A stretch of 64,000 nt of DNA. Source: an uncultured Gemmatimonadales bacterium. Its GTDB lineage: Bacteria; Gemmatimonadota; Gemmatimonadetes; Longimicrobiales; RSA9. Position 1 is the first letter of the stretch. Every line of letters starts with the position of its first letter. Under the pieces are notes generated by a model, which ran no database searches, was not told the DNA's origin, and saw only the letters and a list, made by a program, of their open reading frames with translations. Both the position numbers and the translations under genes were made by a program. Location of the stretch: the NCBI GenBank assembly GCA_963708135.1, contig OY970192.1, forward strand, positions 1,216,001-1,280,000, given 5' to 3'. Below, in pieces: positions 1 through 12,416 of the stretch.

Positions 1-1
1 C

Positions 2-736
2 GTGGCCGTCCACGACGTGAGCGGCGAGAGCACGCTGCTCGTGGACCTCGACCTCGAGCTCGGCGGCACCGCGCTCCTGCTCGGGCTGCGCCCGCGCTTC
101 AGCGTGCTCGACGTCGCCCGCAACATCCACCGCCTCGACGCCGGCCTCATCGGCACCTACGTCGAGCGTCACGAGTCCGGGCTGCACGTGCTCGCCGCCC
201 CCATGCGGCCGGAGCGCTCCGATGTGGTGGCGGGCGACGAGCTGGCCAAGATCCTCCTGCTGCTGCGCACCCACTACCGCTACATCATCCTCGACCTGTC
301 GAAATCGCTCTCGCCGATGACGCTGGCGGCCGTGCAGGAGGCCGACCTCGTCGTCGCCGTCACCACCGCCGACCTGCCGTCCCTGGGCAGCCTCAAGCGC
401 CTGCTGCCGATCCTCGGTCGTGGCGCCGGCAAGGCCAACCCGCACCTGCGCGTGGCGCTCAACCGCTACGTGCCCGACGGCCCGGTCACGCTGGACGACA
501 TCCGCACCCTGCTCGACATGCACATCCACTGGGTGCTGAGCAACGACTATCAGGCGCTGATCGGCGCCGCCAACGAGGGCCGTCCGCTCCTGCTCGGACG
601 CTCCTCCTCCCCCTACGCCCGCGACGTCGGCAAGATGGCGGAGGAGATCGTCGGCGAGGGCGCGCGCGTGTCCGAGAACGGAAAGAAGCCGGCGGGCGCG
701 CTCAAGCGCCTCTTCGGCCGCAGGAGCTCGAGCTAG
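2..736 (+). CDS. cpaE: Pilus assembly protein CpaE/TadZ-like (MinD/ParA-type), 5' partial
   Basis: LLVDLDL..G, 'LHVLAAP', YIILD, 'ALNRY', 'SNDY...A.N.G.P' are typical of CpaE; lies directly upstream of cpaF; N-terminus is outside the window. Confidence 0.85.
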   Translation: MAVHDVSGESTLLVDLDLELGGTALLLGLRPRFSVLDVARNIHRLDAGLIGTYVERHESGLHVLAAPMRPERSDVVAGDELAKILLLLRTHYRYIILDLSKSLSPMTLAAVQEADLVVAVTTADLPSLGSLKRLLPILGRGAGKANPHLRVALNRYVPDGPVTLDDIRTLLDMHIHWVLSNDYQALIGAANEGRPLLLGRSSSPYARDVGKMAEEIVGEGARVSENGKKPAGALKRLFGRRSSS

Positions 737-746
737 GAGTCGCGTG

Positions 747-2200
<1,454 letters not shown>

Positions 2201-2204
<4 letters not shown>

Positions 2205-3169
2205 GCGTCTATCTGCCGCTCGGCCTCATCTTCATCGCCGTCATGGTCGGCACGCTCGCGCTCGCGTTCGGCCTCGAGCAGCTCCGCATGCGCCGGCACC
2301 GCCGCTCCCTCGCCGAGCGCCTCGACGACCTCCAGGGCGAGGTTGCCCAGGGCCCCGGCATCGACGTCCGCCGCAGGGCGGGGAACTCGACGCCCCTCGT
2401 CGCCGCGCTCGCCGGCCGCTTCCCGGGCCTGCTCTCCATCGGCCTCATGCTCGAGCAGGCCGACCTGAGCTGGACCGTGCAGACCTTCCTCGTGCTCAGC
2501 GCCGGCTTCGCCCTCGGCCTCGGCACCGTGCTGCTCCTGCTGGGCCGCTCCGTTCTCGTCGGCGCCATCGGCGCGGCCGTTGGCTCGCTCCTGCCGTTCC
2601 TCTACGTGCGCCACGCGCGGGGCAAGCGCATGCGCCGCTTCGAGGAGCTGCTCCCCGAGGGCATCGACCTCATGGGACGCGCGCTGCGCGCCGGCCACCC
2701 CTTCACCGCCGGCATCAAGCTGGTGGGCGAGGAGAGCGCGCCGCCCGTCTCGACGGAGTTCCAGCGCCTGTTCGAGGAGCAGCGCTTCGGCATGCCGCTG
2801 CCGGATGCCCTGCTCGGGCTCGCCGACCGCATTCCCAGCCTGGACGTCCGCATCTTCATCACGGCCGTCCTGATCCAGCGCGAGGTCGGCGGCAACCTGG
2901 CCGAGGTGCTCGACAAGCTCGGCTACACCATCCGCGAGCGCTTCCGCATCCGCCGCGAGATCCGCACGCGCACCGCCCAGGGCCGCATGACCGGCTACCT
3001 CCTGGCCGTGCTGCCCTTCGCCGCCGCGGCGCTGCTCTTCACGATCAACCCGCACTACATGATGCCGCTCTTCAAGGAGCGGCTCGGGCACGTCATGATC
3101 GCCTTCGCGCTGATCCTCCAGATGATCGGCTTCGTCTGGATCAAGAAGATCGTGGACATCGACGTCTAG
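2201..3169 (+). CDS. tadB: Tad pilus assembly protein TadB (T2SS F family)
   Basis: 'LRAGH', '[13 protein letters not shown]', 'TAQGR'; ATGA overlap with cpaF. Confidence 0.93.
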
Positions 3170-3181
3170 GAGATCCACGAG

Positions 3182-4117
3182 ATGATTTACCTCATTGCCG
3201 CGCTCGTCGGCGGCTCGGTTATCCTGCTCACGCTGGCCATTGCGGCCGCGCTGCCCGGCCGCCCGCGCGCCGTCACGCAGCGCCTGGCCGAGCTCCAGCG
3301 CTACGGCAACGACTCCTTCGGCGGCGAGCACCAGCGCCGCCGCGCCGAGCGCCGCCAGCAGCTCGCCGGCCTGCTCAAGGAGCTCGGCACGCGCTTCCGC
3401 CGCGAGGGCGCGGACGATCCCGAGGTCCGCGACCTGCTCGTGCAGGCCGGCTACCGCGGCCCGAACGCGGGCGCCATCTACTGGGGCGTCCGTCTCGGCA
3501 GCGCGGCCGTGCTCGGCATCGTGGTGCTCGCCATGCAGGCGGCGCTCGGCGCCAGCGCGGGCCGCCTGCTGCTCACCGGCATCACGGCCGCCGGGTTCGG
3601 CTGGGTCCTGCCCGCCTACCGGGTGGGGGTCAAGCGCCGCAAGCGCATGACCCGGCTCCAGAAGGCGCTCCCCGACGCCCTCGACCTGCTGGTCGTGTGC
3701 GTGGAGGCCGGACTCGGCCTGAACCAGGCGCTCGTTCGCGTGGCCGACGAGATCCGCCACGTCAGCAGCGAGCTCAGCGACGAGCTCACGCTCGTCAACC
3801 TCGAGATCCGCTCCGGCATCGAGCGCGAGGCCTCGCTGCGCCACCTGGCCGAGCGCACGGGCGTGGACGACATCCGCTCCCTGTCCACCATCCTGATCCA
3901 GACGGAGCGCTTCGGGACCTCGGTGGCCACCGCGCTGCGCACGCAGGCCGACACCATGCGCATGATCCGCCGCCAGCGCGCGGAGGAGCAGGCGGCCAAG
4001 GCCACGATCAAGATCGTGCCGCCGCTCGTCTTCTTCATCTTCCCGGCCATCTTCATCACCATCCTGGGGCCGGCGGGGATCCAGCTGATCCAGTTCTTCA
4101 GGGACCTGAACCAGTGA
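3182..4117 (+). CDS. tadC: Tad pilus assembly protein TadC (T2SS F family)
   Basis: 'LPDALDLLVVCVEAGLGL', 'LIQTERFGTSV', 'AEE.AAK', 'PLVFFIFPA'. Confidence 0.95.
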   Translation: MIYLIAALVGGSVILLTLAIAAALPGRPRAVTQRLAELQRYGNDSFGGEHQRRRAERRQQLAGLLKELGTRFRREGADDPEVRDLLVQAGYRGPNAGAIYWGVRLGSAAVLGIVVLAMQAALGASAGRLLLTGITAAGFGWVLPAYRVGVKRRKRMTRLQKALPDALDLLVVCVEAGLGLNQALVRVADEIRHVSSELSDELTLVNLEIRSGIEREASLRHLAERTGVDDIRSLSTILIQTERFGTSVATALRTQADTMRMIRRQRAEEQAAKATIKIVPPLVFFIFPAIFITILGPAGIQLIQFFRDLNQ

Positions 4118-4491
4118 AGCGCGTTCGCGTCGAGAATCCGGCGAGGGGCACCGTCCTGGGCTCCTCGATCATGCTGGCGGAGTCGTCGTGGAACCGGCTG
4201 CGCGGCATGCTCGGCCGGGCCGCGCCCTCGGCCGGCGAGGGGCTGCTCCTCGCCCCGTGCCGCGGCGTCCACATGTACGGCATGCGCTACCCGCTCGACG
4301 TGCTCTTCCTCGACCAGGAGGGCGGCGTCGTCGCCGTCTATCCCGCGCTTCCCCCCGGCACACGCACTCCGCTGGTCCGCGGCGCCGCCTTCGCCCTCGA
4401 GCTGCCCGTGGGCACCGTCGAGGCGAGCGGCACCTCCGTGGGCGATTCCCTCTCCTGGACGCCGTCCAACGGCGGCGCGCCCGTCCGCTAG
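4114..4491 (+). CDS. DUF192 family protein
   Basis: GTGA overlap with the tadC stop; 'RLRGMLGR..GEGLLL.PC..VHMYGMRYPLDVLFLD..G.V...ALELP.G' matches DUF192. Confidence 0.85.
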   Translation: MKRVRVENPARGTVLGSSIMLAESSWNRLRGMLGRAAPSAGEGLLLAPCRGVHMYGMRYPLDVLFLDQEGGVVAVYPALPPGTRTPLVRGAAFALELPVGTVEASGTSVGDSLSWTPSNGGAPVR

Positions 4492-4505
4492 CGAGCGAGG
4501 AAGTC

Positions 4506-5891
4506 ATGGAGCACGCAGTCGCGACGCCGTACAGGTCCGCCGCCGGGCCGCCCGTGCCGGACTCGGTCGCCGACACGGGGCTGACGCCCGAGGCGATCAC
4601 GGACCTGCTGCTCAAGATCCTCTACGTCCAGGGCGCTCGCACGGGCAACCAGCTCATGGATGTGATCTGTCTGCCGTTCCCGATCGTGGACGACCGGCTG
4701 CTCGACCTCCAGCAGCGCCGCTTCGTCGAGGTGCGCGGCACCGTCGGCGCCGGCCGCGAGGGCTACACCTTCGACCTGACCTCCGGCGGCCGCGAGCGCG
4801 CCCGCGAGGCCATGGAGTCGAGCCAGTACGCGGGGGCCGCCCCCGTGCCGCTCTCCATGTACCGCGAGTGGCTCGAGCGCGAGAGCATCCTGGGCGTGCA
4901 CGTCACCAAGAGCCGGATCCGCGAGGGATTCCCCGACATGGTGCTCGACGAGCACATGTTCGGCCTGCTCGGGCCCGCCATCAACTCCGCCAGCTCGCTG
5001 TTCCTCTACGGCGAGCCCGGCAACGGCAAGACCATGATCGCCGAGACCATCGCCCGCCTGCTCGGCGGCGACGGCGGCATCTGGGTCCCCTACGCCGTCG
5101 AGCTCGACGGCCAGATCATCATCGTCTACGACCCGGTCCACCACCGCCGCATCGAGGAGGCGGGCCAGAGCGATGCGGAGCCCGGCAGCGTGGAGTCGCT
5201 GCTGCTGCGCAGGACCGGCGGCGCGGACCGCCGCTTCGTGCGCATCCGCCGCCCCGTCGTCATCACCGGCGGCGAGCTGACGCTCGAACAGCTCGACCTG
5301 CAGTACGACGCCAGCACGAAGATGTACCAGGCGCCGTTCCAGGTGAAGGCGAACGGCGGCGTGCTGATCATCGACGACTTCGGCCGCCAGCGCGTGCCGC
5401 CGGGGCAGCTCCTGAACCGCTGGATCGTGCCGCTCGAGAAGCGGCGCGACTACCTGACGATGCACACCGGCGTCAAGTTCCCGGTGCCCTTCGACACGCT
5501 GGTCATCTTCGCCACCAACCTGGACCCGAACGACCTCGTGGATGAGGCCTTCCTGCGCCGCATCCACTACAAGATCAGGGTGCCCGGCCCGGGCCGGCAG
5601 TCCTTCGAGGAGATCTTCCGCCGCGTCTGCGGCGACCGCGGCATCCCCTACGACGCGGCCGCGGTGCAGTTCATCTACTCGAAGTACTACGAGGGGCACG
5701 GCATCGAGCCGCGCGGCTGCCATCCGCGCGACATCGCCGACCACATCCTCGACTTCGCCCGCTACCACGAGCGCGATCCGCGCCTCGACAGCGACCTCGT
5801 GGACGAAGCCTGCGAGTCCTACTTCCTCATCATGGCGGCGGATGCCATGAAGCAGGCGGCGGGGCCCGGCATCCACGGCCTGCACGGCTGA
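4506..5891 (+). CDS. AAA-family ATPase with N-terminal winged-helix-like region
   Basis: Walker A GEPGNGKT, Walker B LIIDDFGR, 'FATNL', 'DEAFLRRI'; GAGG RBS before ATG 4506. Confidence 0.85.
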   Translation: MEHAVATPYRSAAGPPVPDSVADTGLTPEAITDLLLKILYVQGARTGNQLMDVICLPFPIVDDRLLDLQQRRFVEVRGTVGAGREGYTFDLTSGGRERAREAMESSQYAGAAPVPLSMYREWLERESILGVHVTKSRIREGFPDMVLDEHMFGLLGPAINSASSLFLYGEPGNGKTMIAETIARLLGGDGGIWVPYAVELDGQIIIVYDPVHHRRIEEAGQSDAEPGSVESLLLRRTGGADRRFVRIRRPVVITGGELTLEQLDLQYDASTKMYQAPFQVKANGGVLIIDDFGRQRVPPGQLLNRWIVPLEKRRDYLTMHTGVKFPVPFDTLVIFATNLDPNDLVDEAFLRRIHYKIRVPGPGRQSFEEIFRRVCGDRGIPYDAAAVQFIYSKYYEGHGIEPRGCHPRDIADHILDFARYHERDPRLDSDLVDEACESYFLIMAADAMKQAAGPGIHGLHG

Positions 5892-5910
5892 CCGGGCGGA
5901 CGAGCCGAGC

Positions 5911-6969
5911 ATGCGTGAACGTGATCTGCTGAGCAGCCGGATCCTGGTCGTCGACGACGACCCGCAGAACCTGCGCTACATCTCGCGCATCCTGGCGGAG
6001 GCCGGCTACACGGGCGTGAAGACCACGCCCGAGCCGCGCCAGGTGCTGCCGATCTTCGCGGAGTTCCGGCCCGACCTCATCCTCATCGACCTGCACATGC
6101 CGGAGATGGACGGCTTCGAGGTCATCGAGGCGCTCCGCCCCTGGATCCCCGAGGAGTCCTTCCTGCCCCTGCTCGTGCTCACCGGCGACGGCTCGCCCGA
6201 GAACAAGGAGCGCGCGCTCGACAGCGGCGCCATGGACTTCCTGACCAAGCCGTTCAACGCCTCCGAGGCCCGGCTCCGCATCCGCAACCTGCTCGCCACC
6301 CGCCACCTGCACCTCCAGCTCCAGGACCACAACCGCGAGCTCGAGGAGAGGGTGGCCGAGCGCACGGTCGAGCTCGAGCGCGCCCGCATCGAGATCCTCG
6401 AGCGCCTCGCGCGCGCCGCCGAGTACCGCGACGACGACACCGGCGAGCACACCCGCCGCGTGGGCGAGCTCTCCGCCGCCATCGGCCGCGTCCTCGGCTG
6501 CCCCGACGACGAGGTCGAGCTGCTCGCCCGCGCCGCGCCGCTGCACGACATCGGCAAGATCGGTATCCCGGACGCCATCCTCCTCAAGCCGGCCAAGCTC
6601 TCCGGCGAGGAGTTCGAGGTCATGCGCTCCCACACCACCATCGGCGCGCGCATCCTCTCCGGCAGCGACGTGGGGCTCCTGCGCCTCGCCTCCTCCATCG
6701 CGCTCACGCACCACGAGCGCTGGGACGGCGGCGGCTACCCCGAGGGCATCTCCGGCGAGGGGATCCCCCTCGTCGGGCGCATCGTCTCCGTGGCCGACAT
6801 CTACGACGCCCTCACCCACAGCCGCCCCTACAAGCCCGCGTGGGCCGTGGCCGACGCCGTCGCCGAGATCCGCGCCCAGGCCGGACGCCAGCTCGACCCC
6901 GGCGTCGTCGAGGCCTTCCTCTACATCCAGGAGCGCCGCGTGCCCGCGGGCGCCAACGGACGTGGCTGA
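5911..6969 (+). CDS. Response regulator with HD-GYP phosphodiesterase domain (RpfG-like)
   Basis: REC (ILVVDD, DLHMP, KP), [16 protein letters not shown]. Confidence 0.93.
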   Translation: MRERDLLSSRILVVDDDPQNLRYISRILAEAGYTGVKTTPEPRQVLPIFAEFRPDLILIDLHMPEMDGFEVIEALRPWIPEESFLPLLVLTGDGSPENKERALDSGAMDFLTKPFNASEARLRIRNLLATRHLHLQLQDHNRELEERVAERTVELERARIEILERLARAAEYRDDDTGEHTRRVGELSAAIGRVLGCPDDEVELLARAAPLHDIGKIGIPDAILLKPAKLSGEEFEVMRSHTTIGARILSGSDVGLLRLASSIALTHHERWDGGGYPEGISGEGIPLVGRIVSVADIYDALTHSRPYKPAWAVADAVAEIRAQAGRQLDPGVVEAFLYIQERRVPAGANGRG

Positions 6970-9631
6970 GGGGGACCGCATGCGCGACGCCGCCGTCCGC
7001 GACTTCTGGGGACCCGCCCGGTTCTGGAACGCCGTCCTCGACATCGACGCCCGCACGCCGGAGGAGCGCCTGCGCGCCGCCGTCCGCGTGCTCGCCGGGC
7101 CCGCCCTCACCTTCGTCGCGCTCACCGCCGTCGAGCAGACCGGGGCCTCTTTCGCGCCCGGCGCCATCCTGCTGCTCCTGCTCGGCGTGGCGTACGCCTC
7201 GGCCTACGGCGGCCTCGTCTCCGGGCTGCTCAGCGCCGCCGTCATCTCCTGGAAGTACGCCTTCCTGCTGTTCCCGGCGCGCGCGCCGATCTCGGGCGGC
7301 GGGGACCTCCGCTTCCTCTTCACGCTGGCCGTGCTCGCGCCCGTCGTCGCCTTGCTGCGCACCTCGATCCGCGGGCTGCTCGGGCGCTGGGCCCCGGCGG
7401 CCGGCGACAGCCCGGCCCTGGTGCCGGAGAGCGCCGAGACGCGCGCGATCCGCTACGACGCCTTCCTGGCGGAGGCCAGCGCGCTGATCGACATGTCGCT
7501 CGGGTTCGAGGCCATGCTGGAGCGGACCTCCTCGCTGGCCGTCCCCGAGCTCGCCGACTGGTGCGCCATCTACCTCGACCACGAGGGCGAGCTCCGGCGC
7601 GTCCACGTCGGCCACCCCGAGCTCGAGTCCGCGGAGGCGCTCGAGCACGCGCTGCGCAACCTCCCGCTCACGCTCAACCGGCACCATCCGCTGGAGCGCG
7701 TCCGCGACGTGGCGCGCAGCGGCGCGAGCGAGCTGATCCGCTCCATCTCCTGGGCCGCCTTCGAGACCGCCGGCCGGACCCCGGCCGAGCGCAACCTGCT
7801 GCACGGCCTCACGCCGCGGCAGCTCCTGCTCGTGCCCCTCGTCTCCCGCGGCCGAATCACCGGCGCGATGGCCTTCGCCGCCGCGATGCCGGAGCGCGAG
7901 TACGCCATCGCGGAGCGGCGCCTCGCCGAGGAGTTCTGCCGCCGCGTCGCGCTCGCCATCGAGAACACCAGCCTGTTCCAGAGCGCGCTCGCCTCGCGCG
8001 CCGAGGCGGAATCCGCGCGCCAGCAGATGGTCGGCATCCTCGAGGGCTTCTCCACCGCCTTCTTCGCGCTCGACCGGGATGGCCGCTTCACCTACGTCAA
8101 CGGCGAGGGGGAGAAGCTGATCGGCCGCGCGCGCAGCGACATCCTGGGGCGCGAGATCTGGTCCGTGCTCCCCGAGCGTCCGCCCGCCTCGCCGCTCTAC
8201 CGCGCGTTCCGCAAGGCCGCCGAGACCGGCGCCGTCACCTCGACCGAGTTCCGCTCCAGCTGGACCGATGCGCGCCGCTGGCTCGAGGTCCACCTCGCCC
8301 CCACGCCCGAGGGCATGGCCGTCCACTGCCGCGACATCACCGAGCGCCGCGAGATGGAGGAGGCGCTCCGCCAGAGCGAGGAGCAGCTCCAGCACTCCCA
8401 GAAGATGGAGGCCATCGGCCGCCTCGCCGGCGGCGTGGCCCACGACTTCAACAACATGCTCATGTCCATCTCGGGCTACACCGAGCTCCTGCTGCTGCGC
8501 GCGGGGCCCGAGTCCGAGCTCCGCGAGGACCTCGAGGAGATCCGCCGCGCCACCGACCGCGCCATCGGCCTCACGCGCCAGCTCCTCAGCTACAGCCGCA
8601 AGCAGGTGCGCCAGCCGCAGCGCATCAACCTGAACTCCATCGTCACCGACCTGCAGCGCTCGCTGCTGCGCCTGCTCGGCGACGACGTGGCGCTCACTGT
8701 CCGCAGCGACGGCAACGGCGCCTGGATTCACGCCGATCCCGGCCAGGTCGAGCAGGTCATCCTCAACCTGGCCGTGAACGCCCGCGACGCCATGCCCGAG
8801 GGCGGCACGCTCACCCTCTCGATCGACTCCGCCCGCCTCGACGGCAGCCGCTCCTCCGCCTCGCTGCTCGATGCCGTTGCCGCCGGTGACTACGTCGAGC
8901 TCCGCGTGAGCGACTCCGGCGCGGGCATCGACCCCCAGGTCCTGCCGCACATCTTCGAGCCTTTCTTCACCACCAAGGAGCAGGGGAAGGGGACCGGCCT
9001 CGGGCTGGCCACCGTGTACGGCATCGTGCGCCAGAACGGCGGCACGATCGCCGTCGGCTCGGTTCGCGGCGAGGGCACCACGTTCCGCGTCTACTTCCCG
9101 GTCTGCGCGCAGGAGGAGGCGGGAATGCTCGTGAGCCCGCGTCCGCGCCCGAGCGAGGCCGCCGACGCCGACGAGCGGTACGCCCGGCCCGCGCCGCCGG
9201 CCGCCGCGCCCGGGAAGAAGAAGCGGGCCGCGAAGAAGACGCCGGGCGCGGTGATCCTCGTGGCCGAGGACGAGCCGAGCGTGCGCAAGTTCGTCTGCGG
9301 CGTGCTCGGGCGTGAGGGCTACCAGGTGCTGGAGGCCAGAAACGGCCTCGAGGGCGTGGCCGTCTCGCAGCGCCACCAGAAGATCGACCTGCTGCTGACC
9401 GATGTCATGATGCCCGAGATGGGCGGCCGCGAGCTGGCCAACCGGCTCACGATGGCGCGCCCGGAGCTGCGCATCGTGTTCATGTCCGGCTATGCCGAGA
9501 ACGAGATCGCCCACCAGGGCGAGCTCGATCCCGGCTGCGTCCTGCTCGAGAAGCCGTTCTCCGCCGGCGTCCTGCTCGAGACGCTGGCGCGCGTGCTCGC
9601 CGGCGCCCCCGCGCGGGCCGGCGCGTCCTGA
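6962..9631 (+). CDS. Membrane hybrid sensor histidine kinase (TM-GAF-PAS-HisKA-HATPase-REC)
   Basis: N-terminal TM helices, GAF ('LADWC..Y','LLVPL..RG'), PAS, 'AHDFNN', 'NARDAM', '[14 protein letters not shown]', C-terminal REC; start could be ATG 6980. Confidence 0.93.
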   Translation: MAEGDRMRDAAVRDFWGPARFWNAVLDIDARTPEERLRAAVRVLAGPALTFVALTAVEQTGASFAPGAILLLLLGVAYASAYGGLVSGLLSAAVISWKYAFLLFPARAPISGGGDLRFLFTLAVLAPVVALLRTSIRGLLGRWAPAAGDSPALVPESAETRAIRYDAFLAEASALIDMSLGFEAMLERTSSLAVPELADWCAIYLDHEGELRRVHVGHPELESAEALEHALRNLPLTLNRHHPLERVRDVARSGASELIRSISWAAFETAGRTPAERNLLHGLTPRQLLLVPLVSRGRITGAMAFAAAMPEREYAIAERRLAEEFCRRVALAIENTSLFQSALASRAEAESARQQMVGILEGFSTAFFALDRDGRFTYVNGEGEKLIGRARSDILGREIWSVLPERPPASPLYRAFRKAAETGAVTSTEFRSSWTDARRWLEVHLAPTPEGMAVHCRDITERREMEEALRQSEEQLQHSQKMEAIGRLAGGVAHDFNNMLMSISGYTELLLLRAGPESELREDLEEIRRATDRAIGLTRQLLSYSRKQVRQPQRINLNSIVTDLQRSLLRLLGDDVALTVRSDGNGAWIHADPGQVEQVILNLAVNARDAMPEGGTLTLSIDSARLDGSRSSASLLDAVAAGDYVELRVSDSGAGIDPQVLPHIFEPFFTTKEQGKGTGLGLATVYGIVRQNGGTIAVGSVRGEGTTFRVYFPVCAQEEAGMLVSPRPRPSEAADADERYARPAPPAAAPGKKKRAAKKTPGAVILVAEDEPSVRKFVCGVLGREGYQVLEARNGLEGVAVSQRHQKIDLLLTDVMMPEMGGRELANRLTMARPELRIVFMSGYAENEIAHQGELDPGCVLLEKPFSAGVLLETLARVLAGAPARAGAS

Positions 9632-9639
9632 CCCGCTCG

Positions 9640-10614
9640 GTGCTGGAGGAGACCGTGCCGCCTCGGCTCCCTCTGGACCGCGCCAGGATTCCCGCCCGGG
9701 TCCTCGCGCTGACCGCTGCCGGCCTGCTCGCCGCCCTGTTCGGAACCCTGCTCGTTCCCGGCTCCTGGCTGCAGTACGCCTTCCTGCTCTGGCTCGGCGC
9801 CCTGCTGCCGCCGTTCCTGCTCGCGTACTACCGCGGCCTCTCCGGCGCCGCCATCGGGTTCCTGCTCGGGATCACCGCCCTGGCCGGCGCCCAGGTGCTC
9901 GCCCTCACGCTCGGCTTCACGCCGCCCCGCTGGCCGCTCTTCGTCGTCGTCGCCATGGCGCTCGTGCTCGTGGCCGGCGCCACCGGCATCGTGGCGGAGC
10001 TGCTGCACCGCGACCGCGAGCGCGCCCTCTCGCTCGCCTTCACGGACGACCTCACCGGCCTGCCGAACCGGCGCTTCGCCCGGATGTTCCTCGAGCACGA
10101 GGTCGCCGCCGCCGTGCGCGGCCGGCCGCTCGTGGTCGTGCTCTTCGACCTCGACGACTTCAAGGGCTACAACGACCGCCACGGCCATGCCGCCGGCGAC
10201 CTCGCGCTGCGCGCCTTCGCCGAGTGCCTCTCCCACACGACCCGGCGCATGAACGTCTCCGCCCGCTACGGCGGCGAGGAGTTCCTCTCGATCCTCTCGG
10301 GCTCCGAGGTCGAGGGCGCGCTCACCTTCGTCGAGCGCGTGCGCGTCGCGACGGAGCGGATGGAGCTGGCGCGCGCCGACCACGTCACCGTCAGCGCCGG
10401 CGTCGTCGCCTTCGACGCCTGGATGAGCGGGATGGACGACCTCATCTCCGCCGCCGACCGCGCGCTCTATCACGCCAAGACCCAGGGACGCAACCGCGTG
10501 GTGGTCGCCTCGCCCGACCGCGCGCTGGCCGTCGCGGGCACCCGCCCGGAGCCGGCCTGCGCGCCGCCCGGCGAGCAGCGCTTCAACGTCGAACAGGAAG
10601 AGGTGGAATCGTGA
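9640..10614 (+). CDS. Membrane-bound diguanylate cyclase (GGEEF)
   Basis: About 4 TM helices, 'DDLTGLPNRR', 'DLDDFK.YND..GH', RYGGEEF; I-site position reads RxxN. Confidence 0.92.
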   Translation: MLEETVPPRLPLDRARIPARVLALTAAGLLAALFGTLLVPGSWLQYAFLLWLGALLPPFLLAYYRGLSGAAIGFLLGITALAGAQVLALTLGFTPPRWPLFVVVAMALVLVAGATGIVAELLHRDRERALSLAFTDDLTGLPNRRFARMFLEHEVAAAVRGRPLVVVLFDLDDFKGYNDRHGHAAGDLALRAFAECLSHTTRRMNVSARYGGEEFLSILSGSEVEGALTFVERVRVATERMELARADHVTVSAGVVAFDAWMSGMDDLISAADRALYHAKTQGRNRVVVASPDRALAVAGTRPEPACAPPGEQRFNVEQEEVES

Positions 10615-11288
10615 GCCCCAACCCCGGCCTCGGCGACCGCGGCATCCAGCTCCGCGGCAAGACCGTCGAGGAGCTCGCCCGCGAGTTCGAGGACATCATC
10701 GTCGAGCGGCTCCGCCGCCTGGAGCGCTCCAACCGCTCGCTGCGCGTCTGGGTCGCCGTCCTGCTCGGCCTCGTCGCCGTGCTCATGGCCGGCGGCGCCT
10801 ACCTCGGCTACCAGGTCGTCACCGGCGCTCCGGCCTTCGCCGCCCGGCGCGTCACCGCCCGCGAGTTCATCCTCGCCGATGCCGCCGGCCACGCACGCGG
10901 CAGCTGGCAGGTCGGGCCCGACGGCTCCGCCCGTCTCGTGCTCGACGACCGCGCCGCGCGGCCGCGGCTGCGCCTCAGCGTGCTGGGCGAGGACGGCTCC
11001 CCCGGCATGACGCTCCTCGACGACCACGGCATCCCCCACGTCGTCTTCGGCATCCTGCCCGACGGCACCACGTCCCTCGTCTTCGCCGACGCCGCCGGAC
11101 GCTCCCGCGTCGTGCTCGGCGTGGCCGAGGACGCGGCGAACCTCGTCTTCGCCGACCGCTTCGGCGCCACCCGCGCCAGCCTCGGCGTGGACGCCGGCGG
11201 CCGGCCCGACATGTCCCTCTACGACGAGGCCGTCGATTCCACGGCCGCCGATTCCGCGGCCACGGACACGACGCCCCGCCGCCACTGA
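10611..11288 (+). CDS. Hypothetical bitopic protein with beta-hairpin-like repeats
   Basis: GTGA overlap with the upstream stop, GAGG RBS; coiled-coil, one TM, then repeated 'L.L.D..G..R..L.V..DG'. Confidence 0.7.
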   Translation: MSPNPGLGDRGIQLRGKTVEELAREFEDIIVERLRRLERSNRSLRVWVAVLLGLVAVLMAGGAYLGYQVVTGAPAFAARRVTAREFILADAAGHARGSWQVGPDGSARLVLDDRAARPRLRLSVLGEDGSPGMTLLDDHGIPHVVFGILPDGTTSLVFADAAGRSRVVLGVAEDAANLVFADRFGATRASLGVDAGGRPDMSLYDEAVDSTAADSAATDTTPRRH

Positions 11289-11330
11289 ACGCGGTTCGCC
11301 TTGACCGCCGACCCCGGAGGCAGATAGGCA

Positions 11331-11510
11331 ATGCGCGATACGCTCGTGGTATTCGGCCGCTGGCTGATCCACACCTTCGAGGTCTGGCGCGACGCCTTCT
11401 GGCACGGCGCCACCGCCGTCGTGAGCTGGCTCGGCGTCGGCTGGCTCGTCGTCCTGGCCTTCATCGCCCTGGGCATGGCCCTCTGGGGCCTGAAGGTCCA
11501 CCGCGGCTAG
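11331..11510 (+). CDS. Small membrane protein (59 aa, absent from the ORF track)
   Basis: GGAGG at 11316-11320, ATG 11331, TAG 11508-11510; MRDTLVVFGRWLIHTFEVWRDAFWHGATAVVSWLGVGWLVVLAFIALGMALWGLKVHRG; host-like codons; fills an operon gap. Confidence 0.65.
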   Translation: MRDTLVVFGRWLIHTFEVWRDAFWHGATAVVSWLGVGWLVVLAFIALGMALWGLKVHRG

Positions 11511-11517
11511 CGCGGCA

Positions 11518-12414
11518 ATGTCCGGACGCCCCCCGTATCTCCCGGCGCTGCTCGAGCTCCAGGCCGCCGATGGCGCCTGGCCGGCCGAGCCCGGCGGCCC
11601 CGGCGCGACCGAGGCGACCGCCTGGACGCTCCTCGCCCTGCGCCCCTTCGCCGGCTCCGAGGCCGCCCGCCGGCGCGGCCTCGAGTGGCTCGAGCGCAAC
11701 CGGCTCGCCGGCGGCGGCTGGGCCGCCATGTCCGGGCTCGGCCGCGCCGACGCCGCCACCGCTCCCGCCGTGCTCGCCCTCGCCCGGCTCGGCGGCCACG
11801 ACGTCGCCGTGCGCGACGGCGCCGCCTGGCTGCTCGGCAGCCAGGCGCCCACGGAGCGCTGGGCCAAGCGCATGCTGCGCCGCGTCCTCCAGGTGCGCGA
11901 TCCGACGGGCGTCGATGATTCCCTCGAGGGCTGGAGCTGGACTCCCGACACCATGACCTGGGTCGAGCCGACCGCACTCGCCATGATCGCGCTCCGGGCC
12001 GCCGCGCCGGGCGAGCGCCGCGTCGCCGCCGCCTGCGCGGAGGGCGGCCGGCTGCTCCTCGACCGCGCCTGCCCGGGCGGCGGCTGGAACTACGGCAACG
12101 CCGAGGTCTTCGGCGTCCCGCTTCCCGGCTACCCGGACACCACCGCGTGGGCGCTCCTCGCGCTCCACGCCGATGCCGGCCACGAGGCCGTGCGGCGCGG
12201 CCTCGGCTGGCTCTGGCCGGCCGCGCGCGAGACCGGCTCCGGGCTGGCGCTCGGCCTCGCCGCCCTCGTCGCCCAGCGCTTCGGCGCGCCCGACGAGGAC
12301 CTCCGCGCGCTCGCCCGCGAGGACTACGCCCGCACCGGCTTCTGCGGCGACATCCGCGCCCTCGCGCTCACGCTCCTCGCCGAGGCCGGCCAGTCCGGCT
12401 TCGTGTTCGGCTGA
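11518..12414 (+). CDS. Prenyltransferase/squalene-oxidase-repeat (alpha-alpha toroid) protein
   Basis: 'LQAADGAW', 'GGGW', 'GWSW', 'GGGWNYGN', 'TAWALLAL' QW-type repeats. Confidence 0.75.
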   Translation: MSGRPPYLPALLELQAADGAWPAEPGGPGATEATAWTLLALRPFAGSEAARRRGLEWLERNRLAGGGWAAMSGLGRADAATAPAVLALARLGGHDVAVRDGAAWLLGSQAPTERWAKRMLRRVLQVRDPTGVDDSLEGWSWTPDTMTWVEPTALAMIALRAAAPGERRVAAACAEGGRLLLDRACPGGGWNYGNAEVFGVPLPGYPDTTAWALLALHADAGHEAVRRGLGWLWPAARETGSGLALGLAALVAQRFGAPDEDLRALAREDYARTGFCGDIRALALTLLAEAGQSGFVFG

Positions 12415-12416
12415 GC

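Noticed and set aside
11518..12414. Squalene-hopene cyclase
   Set aside because: Too short (298 aa) and no DxDD motif; only the repeat fold is supported.
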